64,000 nucleotides of DNA, taken from IMG/VR virus record IMGVR_UViG_3300022861_000081; one strand, given 5' to 3'. This stretch comes from an uncultured virus (IMG/VR IMGVR_UViG_3300022861_000081) (taxonomy: Duplodnaviria; Heunggongvirae; Uroviricota; Caudoviricetes). Shown in pieces: positions 57,779 to 64,000 of the stretch. The first letter of the stretch is position 1. The number at the start of each line of letters is the position of its first letter. Under the pieces are notes generated by a model that was not told the DNA's origin, did not search any database, and worked only from the letters and a program-made list of their open reading frames with translations. Both the position numbers and the translations under genes were made by a program.

Positions 57779-58093
57779 TCAATTCGGCTTTTGGGAGCCA
57801 CTTGGGGTTGGCATCGCGTAAAGGGCCAGCTGATCCAGAACCTGGTTTGAAAATTCTTTGGAAAACGATTCTTTCCATGGATCATCCAGGTGAAACGCCG
57901 TATGGGCCAGAATTCTCCCGGCGCACTTCGGGCAGCCAAACAGAAAGTGATCCCCCTCCACGACCTCGGGGTCGTTGCTATCCTGCATAACCCAGCACAA
58001 AACCGCAGAGTGAATATCATGCTGCTTCAAAAGCGCTTCAAATGCTTTGGTGAATTCCTGGCTAGGCATCATGGTCTTCCCTCCCCCGAGCAT
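57779..58093 (-). CDS. Hypothetical protein
   Basis: GGAGGG RBS before MMPSQ. Confidence 0.45.
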   Translation of the reverse strand: MLGGGKTMMPSQEFTKAFEALLKQHDIHSAVLCWVMQDSNDPEVVEGDHFLFGCPKCAGRILAHTAFHLDDPWKESFSKEFSNQVLDQLALYAMPTPSGSQKPN

Positions 58094-58172
58094 CTTTCCC
58101 TCGGCTTACGCGGTGGCGCTCGGTTTATGCCTCGTGAGCGCCACTGTCAATGCCTTCAAATGAGCGTGTTGT

Positions 58173-58520
58173 TCAAGCCGTAGGGGCCTCAGGTGCCTTC
58201 GGCGCTTCTGGCTCGGTGGAAGGGGCAACATGATTATTCGTCCGCGTCCGACGTGGCTTATTCGATTTGTAGACATAAACGCTTTTGGAATTTGGCGGGC
58301 ACGAAACCCACAGATTATGGTTGTTGGCACTGCTGAAGGTTCGGATCACATTGGCTGCTTTTGCCGCCAAAATAGCGTTGGCAAAGTCTTCAATTGCGAC
58401 CTTCGGCAGACCGTCTTCTCCCAGCGATGCATTCAACGCCGCATCAATCAACGGCTTATACAGATCGATATGCGACTTTTTCGGGAAAGCCTTGCTTTGT
58501 TCCATCATGCGTAATGGCAT
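58173..58520 (-). CDS. Hypothetical protein
   Basis: AAGGAG RBS; about 115 aa. Confidence 0.55.
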   Translation of the reverse strand: MPLRMMEQSKAFPKKSHIDLYKPLIDAALNASLGEDGLPKVAIEDFANAILAAKAANVIRTFSSANNHNLWVSCPPNSKSVYVYKSNKPRRTRTNNHVAPSTEPEAPKAPEAPTA

Positions 58521-58652
58521 ATTGACATAGCTCCTTGGGGCTATTTTTATTACGCAAAAATCATACGCTTTCTTTGCGCTTTTTCTCCCCTATTATGCGA
58601 CCGTGGCCAAGAACAATAAACATCTGCGTTCTCTACCACGGTCGGCATGGGC

Positions 58653-59732
58653 TTACAGGAACAACTTGTCCGCAGGATCACTGCCCTTTTCTTGCTTTTT
58701 GCCAAACTGTTCTTGAATGGCATCGAGCACTTGCTGGAACTGATCCTGCCGGATCAAGTACCGATGCTGAACTTCAAACTCCTTGTCGAGAAACGCCTTG
58801 ATCTGATCTTCTGTCAGGTTCAGCTTGCGCTGAATATCGAACAGCGTCACGGCATCTTCAAAAGAAATATGGATCTTGGGGTCATGGCCAGGCCGCGTCT
58901 CCCATTCTTCCCGCTTGCTGGGCTTTTTCTGACTCGCCTTCTTGCCCAGCGAGCAGTCTGCCGTGTGGCCATTCAAGGTGCGGCACTCCGCGCAGATTAC
59001 GGCGTCTGGTGCCCGCTGCGTTCCTTCATGGCCATGGCCGCGATTGGGCTCCGAAGATACCTTGAGCGTGCCCAGCTCGCGCCGGACTTTGTCCAGCTTG
59101 TGGTTTACTGGCGGCACGGGATCTCCTTCAATCGTCGACGACACTTCCTCCGGGATATAAAACTGCCCCAGCTCTTCCGGCCAACCGCGGCGAATGGCCT
59201 TCGATTCAGCGCACTTTTCGGTCTGGCCGAGCGGCATTTTTTCCCATTGGGAGACAGGCTCCAGCTTACCTGTTGCCCGGTTTTTCTTGGTTTGCACAGA
59301 TTCCCGATAGTACGCCGTTGCGCCAAATTCTTTCCATTGCGAAGACTGTTCGTGCCATTTTTGCACCCACACTGTCACGCGAAGATTGTCTGTTCCCTGC
59401 CCTTCCACCAGCGGCAGCTTGTCAGACGGCATGTACAGGCCGGTGCGATTGGCGACCGACCGGAAGCCGTCAATGCCCACCTGGAGCACCATCCGCTCTT
59501 CATATTGGCCAGTCTCTGAATTCCATGTGCGCCGCTTGATGGCATAGATTTGCTTTTGGAGCGGATCGAGTCGCCGCACGCGCGCCACATGGCAGAACAT
59601 CATGAATTCCGGGTCAGACAACCCTGGTGCCACTGTTTGCTTGATCAGTTCAAGGTTTTCTGGCCGCTCCCAGTCCTGATTAACGACCGTCATGCCCTGC
59701 GTATTTGCGACCATCATTCCAGTTTCAGGCAT
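58653..59732 (-). CDS. bet: Bet/RecT-family single-strand annealing protein
   Basis: LDPLQKQIY, QVGIDGFRSVANRTG, WEKMP..KCAESKAIRRGWP..YIPEE. Confidence 0.88.
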   Translation of the reverse strand: MPETGMMVANTQGMTVVNQDWERPENLELIKQTVAPGLSDPEFMMFCHVARVRRLDPLQKQIYAIKRRTWNSETGQYEERMVLQVGIDGFRSVANRTGLYMPSDKLPLVEGQGTDNLRVTVWVQKWHEQSSQWKEFGATAYYRESVQTKKNRATGKLEPVSQWEKMPLGQTEKCAESKAIRRGWPEELGQFYIPEEVSSTIEGDPVPPVNHKLDKVRRELGTLKVSSEPNRGHGHEGTQRAPDAVICAECRTLNGHTADCSLGKKASQKKPSKREEWETRPGHDPKIHISFEDAVTLFDIQRKLNLTEDQIKAFLDKEFEVQHRYLIRQDQFQQVLDAIQEQFGKKQEKGSDPADKLFL

Positions 59733-60777
59733 TTTCCTCTCCTTTTGTGATCTGTACCAGCACGGGATGTCTCACATAGCCGCAGATTTGGTAATATCCG
59801 CACCATTTTCGATCGCATCCCCACCAGCTTTGATTCGCCGGTACAAAGACGCCGGTTTTCATGGCGTGGATCAAATTGGCAAAGCGGTTTAAAAATACCT
59901 GCACGTCGTCTATACTGCGTGTTGTGACCGTGGGCACGTATTTTAATGTCGGCTTTGCGGCATTCGTGCGGACCAGAAAATCCAACACCATTTTGTCGGG
60001 CAATTTCCCGTCCACGACGTAGCTGGCAGTCGCGTACGCAGTCAACTGGTTGGAATCATCGGCCGTGCCCGCTTTATTGTTCCCGTCCATGTACGACGGA
60101 GTAGGCGATTTAGCGGATGTCTTTGTGTCACGGATGACGAGCAATTCTTTATCTCCGTCATGCACAATTTCCTGCACGTCCTGCTCACCCACGAAATCAA
60201 CGCCTGTGCGGGCAGCGGCATTTAATGACCGCGCCTGTGCGTGCAGGATATTGGCCGCGTATTTGTCGGGCGTCGCTTCTGCCGAAGCGTGCAATTCTTT
60301 TGCCCGGGAGCGCAAAAAAGCGTCCATGTCCACGGAGAATTTACGGCGTGTGCGGACTGGCTGAATTTTCGGTGCCGCCTCGTCGTGGTGCAATCCGGAC
60401 AAAGAAAGCGCTTTGTCCTTTGCCTCGCCCAATACCTGGTCCAGGCTTTTGCCGTCCTTTTTCTCGTCCTGGTCGAGTTCGATGGGTTCGTTTTTCTGCT
60501 CCTGCTCGAACTTGGCGGCCGAGATCGCGAGCACGTCGTCGCGCTTCAACAGCTCCCCTGTCTCGATCTTGTGGTCGAGATCCTGCGTCACCGATTCGTC
60601 TGTGGATTTGCCCACCAGCAGAAATGCGTTCGGTGGCGACTTGATGCCGAGGATGTAGCGAAAAAGAAAGCGCTGGCCGCAATCTGCCGCCATATTCAGC
60701 GCAGAAACGTGAATTTGACGACGCAATCTAGCTTTGCTTACGATTTTGTCAAGTGAGGGCACAGGGCTCTTTTCCAT
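59725..60777 (-). CDS. PD-(D/E)XK nuclease (RecB/Cas4-like exonuclease partner of Bet)
   Basis: HVSAL..CGQRFLFRY, D..IRDTKT, QLTAY, C-terminal CDRKWCGYYQIC. Confidence 0.8.
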   Translation of the reverse strand: MEKSPVPSLDKIVSKARLRRQIHVSALNMAADCGQRFLFRYILGIKSPPNAFLLVGKSTDESVTQDLDHKIETGELLKRDDVLAISAAKFEQEQKNEPIELDQDEKKDGKSLDQVLGEAKDKALSLSGLHHDEAAPKIQPVRTRRKFSVDMDAFLRSRAKELHASAEATPDKYAANILHAQARSLNAAARTGVDFVGEQDVQEIVHDGDKELLVIRDTKTSAKSPTPSYMDGNNKAGTADDSNQLTAYATASYVVDGKLPDKMVLDFLVRTNAAKPTLKYVPTVTTRSIDDVQVFLNRFANLIHAMKTGVFVPANQSWWGCDRKWCGYYQICGYVRHPVLVQITKGEENA

Positions 60778-61265
60778 GTGACTCCTTTCACGATGGTCCA
60801 AATGCAGAACTGACTGACGCCGAACTGCTTGCCAATTTGTTTTTGTGAGGCAGATCCGCAAGAGTACATTTTCCGGATCGTTCCAACTTGTTCAAGCGTC
60901 AGCTTTGCATGGGGATTGTTTTCTCCCCACGGTTTACGGTTCTTTGCAGCAGCATCCGCTTGGTTATCTAGGTCCGTTCCTAAAAACAGATGGCTTGGAC
61001 GAACACAAAGAGTGTTGTCACAGCTATGACACACAAGTAATCTGTCAGGGATAGGACCAACAAACAACAGATACGCCAACCGATTTGCTTTGAAAACCTT
61101 ACCGTTCCACCAAATTTGTCCGTAGCGCGCCACTACGGTTCCTGTCCAGTTCCAACAGTTGCCAGTACGGTCAACATATTTCCAGAAATCCTGTGGTCGG
61201 CGCTTTCCATCAGGAATGTCAATTCGGCTGTTGCGGACTGCTTGAACAGCAGCGGCCATGTGCAT
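60738..61265 (-). CDS. HNH endonuclease
   Basis: CWNWTG, ANRLAY, VCHSCDNTLCVRPSHLFLGT..N, GENNPHAKLT, C-terminal HTH. Confidence 0.88.
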   Translation of the reverse strand: MHMAAAVQAVRNSRIDIPDGKRRPQDFWKYVDRTGNCWNWTGTVVARYGQIWWNGKVFKANRLAYLLFVGPIPDRLLVCHSCDNTLCVRPSHLFLGTDLDNQADAAAKNRKPWGENNPHAKLTLEQVGTIRKMYSCGSASQKQIGKQFGVSQFCIWTIVKGVTWKRALCPHLTKS

Positions 61266-61289
61266 GATCTCCTCAAGGCCAAAAACGAC

Positions 61290-61355
61290 AATAGCCTAGG
61301 CCATTGCCAGGCTTGAGCCATTGCTTATTCCCGCCAACCGGGGGGCATGCGTCTC
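61290..61355 (-). promoter_or_regulatory. Conserved two-hairpin leader element, copy D
   Basis: GAGACGCATGCCCCCC..GGGAATAAGCAATGGCTCAAGCC..GGCCTAGGCTATT. Confidence 0.65.
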
Positions 61356-61446
61356 TGATAATTTGAGAGATAGTCTGAATCCGATTTTTTGTCTACTGTA
61401 AAAAATTAGAGTAGACGCGCAGCGGAGTTTGCCTTATGCTGCGCGC

Positions 61447-61623
61447 ATGGAAAAGAAAACCAAGTTGACGAAAGCCGATCCAGATTTTTATAGAAAGATT
61501 GCCGCCATTGCCGGCAACAATTTGGTGCGCAAGAAGGGTACAGAATACTTTTCTAAGCTGGCGGCAAAAAGCCACCCACGCGATCATTATTTTGGCGGAC
61601 GCCCCAAGAAGAAAGTGGCGTAA
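61447..61623 (+). CDS. Small basic protein (KGG-repeat-like)
   Basis: DFYRKIAAIAG / EYFSKLAAKS internal repeat. Confidence 0.55.
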   Translation: MEKKTKLTKADPDFYRKIAAIAGNNLVRKKGTEYFSKLAAKSHPRDHYFGGRPKKKVA

Positions 61624-61679
61624 CCGATTCCTTTTTTTGCTGCCGTGCTCATGAGGCGCGAGGTTGTCGCGATTACCGG

Positions 61680-62961
61680 GTTGCATCTATTCGATGCACT
61701 AAAACCGCATTGCTACGGTGGAATGTCCACTTCTTCGTCAGACGTATACAGTTGCATCTATCCGATGCACTAAAACTGCGTTGCTACAATAATCTCCCAA
61801 TGGAGTGGGAACCCGACTATGTTGCACTTGTCCAGTGCACTAAAACTTCGTTGCTACTGTGCATGTTGACAAAAAAGGCAAACTTAAGTGGTTGCACTTG
61901 TCCAGTGCACTAAAACTGCGTTGCTACGCCCAATGTCTCCGATGATGCTCTCTGGACGAACGGGTTGCACCTGTCCAGTGCACTAAAACTTCGTTGCTAC
62001 GAGGTGCCGAGATGGGCAAAGACAACATTTATGTGGTTGCATCTATCCGATGCACTAAAACTTCGTTGCTGCGTAAAGCCGTGAAATTTACCTCGCATAT
62101 CTGGATGTTGCACTTGTCCAGTGCACTAAAACTACGTTGCTACGCCGGGTCCAGCAGGAGCACGTTATCTGTGGGCGGTTGCACTTGTCCAGTGCACTGA
62201 AACTACGTTGCTACGAGACACCCTGCACTTCATCGCAAAATTCGATGGGTTGCACTTATCCAGTGCACTAAAACTGCGTTGCTACGCGTAGTTTCATTCG
62301 AGGAGCGTACATTGTCATAGTTGCACTTGTCCAGTGCACTGAAACCGCGTTACTACTTCAGCGTGTTGCACTTGTCCAGTGCACTAAAACTGCATTACTG
62401 CGTGACAAAGCGTCAATAAAGCGCCGATTCCGAAGGTTGCACTTGTCCAGTGCACTCAAACTGCGTTGCTACAATGCCCCTCGGCTTGCCGTTTCGACGG
62501 CACTGGCGTTGCACTTGTCCAGTGCACTAAAACCGCGTTACTACACTATCGGCCAAGAGATAAGGGCGACCCAAGCAAGTTGCACTTGTCCAGCGCACTA
62601 AAACCGCATTACTACGAATCATTCATAAATTCATAGACTGCGATAAAGCGTTGCACTTGTCCAGTGCACTCAAACTGCGTTACTACTTTTGGACGAGATG
62701 GATGCAGCTGTAGGAGGAAACGTTGCACTTGTCCAGCGCACTTTAACTGCGTTGCTACTTGCTACAGTTCATACACTTGTGCGGAAGATTGGTGTTGCAC
62801 TTATCCAGTGCACTTAAACCGCGTTGCTACTTGGTTCCGTATTTTTCAAGTGCGTTGCATCTACTCGATGCACTAAAACCACGTTGCTACCTGCGCTTAA
62901 GCTCGTTACAGGCTCTGAGTTTGTGTTGCATCTGCTCGATGCACTTTGACTACGCTGGTGC
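61680..62961 (-). CRISPR. CRISPR array 4: 19 repeats, 18 spacers, adjacent to the effector
   Basis: Dominant variant GTTGCACTTGTCCAGTGCACTAAAACTGCGTTGCTAC; spacers mostly 33-36 nt, one of 8 nt and one of 23 nt; minus-strand extended -10 TGCTATAAT at 62982-62990. Confidence 0.97.
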
Positions 62962-63063
62962 CTTTTCAGCACTATAAAAACATTATAGCATCCAAAAAAT
63001 GCAAAATGCTTTGGGAGGGGGGGCAAAAATGCCCCTCCCCTGCCTCGATCTTGTTTGTTTTCA

Positions 63064-64000
63064 TCAAAGATCGTCTGTGCCGCTTTCGTCACCTTCCAGC
63101 GACTGCGTGTCTTCTTCTTCGTCTTCAAATCCCGGCGTCTGTGCGTCTTCTTCAGATTCGTCTTCATTTCCCAGCGCCAGCTTTGCCAGCTTGGGATCGC
63201 AGGCAAAGCGCGACAGATTTACCGCAGCGTTGTAATCCTGGTCAATCAGCCTTCCACATGCTTCACACTGGAAGCGATCCTTTTCCGTCGATGGATTCAG
63301 ATGATTGCAATATGAGCACATGCGCGTTGTGTTCATTGCCTCATACGGCTCAGTCACAATTCCGTATTTCACGGCAGTGTACTTGAGCAGAGAGATGAAG
63401 CGGCCAACAGCAGCAAATTGCCGGTATTTCTGCGAGCGCTTCAAGCTTACGGGATCGGTGTTCTCCTGGTGGACCGCAATTTTGGCCAGAAAGTTCTTTT
63501 CCAGGATCAACCGTGTAATGCTCTTTTTCTTCAGGTAGCTGCAAACATCATGGGCGACTTGCAGCTGGTTGTATTCAATACGCGCGCTGACTTTTTTGCT
63601 GTATGCGGCCGCAAGAGTCCCAATTTGTTCCTCGTTTTTTCCCCACGCATTCAGGATGCTCTGCACATCAACATCGTCTTTGAATTCCTCCTTGAGCCGC
63701 AGCAATCCACTACGACCGGCTTTCTCCAGCCATGCAGGCGTGTTTTCCCCAAGTTGCTTGCGCAGCGCAATCTTGGCCGTATCTTTGAAGTAGTCACGGC
63801 GAGTCTGCAACGCGGTTCTGATCTCCAACGCGTTGGGGATTCCATCTCCCGGCTTCCAATCAGGGAATAGCCGCGTGATATTGCGTTTTTCCCAGCGTGT
63901 GGGTCCCATATCGATGCGGAATGGCACACGATCTTTGTGATCTTTGGGCGATTTCTCAAAGTCCATCACAAGCTCGCGCACTGTCCAGCTCGTTGGCTCA
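63064..64000 (-). CDS. TnpB/Cas12-like RuvC effector (type V candidate), 5' end outside the window
   Basis: Frame is open to the window edge; RuvC-II-like LILE, Zn finger TTRMCSYC..FQCEACG, RuvC-III DQDYNAAVNL; 100 bp upstream of array 4 on the same strand. Confidence 0.85.
   Translation of the reverse strand, partial: EPTSWTVRELVMDFEKSPKDHKDRVPFRIDMGPTRWEKRNITRLFPDWKPGDGIPNALEIRTALQTRRDYFKDTAKIALRKQLGENTPAWLEKAGRSGLLRLKEEFKDDVDVQSILNAWGKNEEQIGTLAAAYSKKVSARIEYNQLQVAHDVCSYLKKKSITRLILEKNFLAKIAVHQENTDPVSLKRSQKYRQFAAVGRFISLLKYTAVKYGIVTEPYEAMNTTRMCSYCNHLNPSTEKDRFQCEACGRLIDQDYNAAVNLSRFACDPKLAKLALGNEDESEEDAQTPGFEDEEEDTQSLEGDESGTDDL

Noticed and set aside
59725..60777. Cas4-like nuclease near array 4 as a CRISPR adaptation gene
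   Set aside because: It is coupled to bet as a typical phage exonuclease-annealase pair, and there is no cas1/cas2 in the window.
62286..62297. Spacer starting GCGTAGTTTCA, complementary to part of the repeat (possible anti-repeat/tracrRNA)
   Set aside because: Only about 10 nt match, within a normal-length spacer; compatible with chance.

Overview
The window is 64 kb of a temperate tailed-phage genome. The host cannot be determined from the sequence. From left to right: (1) a minus-strand head/packaging module (terminase, portal, scaffold, major capsid and virion proteins) interrupted by HNH-AP2 endonuclease genes; (2) a plus-strand cluster of small early/anti-defence-type genes (about 20-33 kb) punctuated by repeated intergenic motifs; (3) a GH108 endolysin and a peptide deformylase; (4) three toxin-antitoxin pairs; (5) a minus-strand replication/modification/recombination module (Rha-Ant, adenine and cytosine methyltransferases, primase-helicase, initiator, P4-like integrase with an apparently intact attP, Bet and a PD-(D/E)XK nuclease). 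The most notable system is a phage-encoded compact TnpB/Cas12-like RuvC effector, truncated at the right edge, together with four dispersed CRISPR arrays of one 37-nt repeat family. The repeats vary in sequence but keep a co-varying hairpin, one array is reduced to about 21-nt hairpins with short spacers, and no cas1/cas2 is present in the window. Other points of interest are a four-copy two-hairpin leader element, a tRNA(CAT)-like sequence read in frame inside a Zn-ribbon gene, and a cytosine methyltransferase split into three ORFs around an HNH gene. All calls come from reading motifs by eye; no database searches were run.
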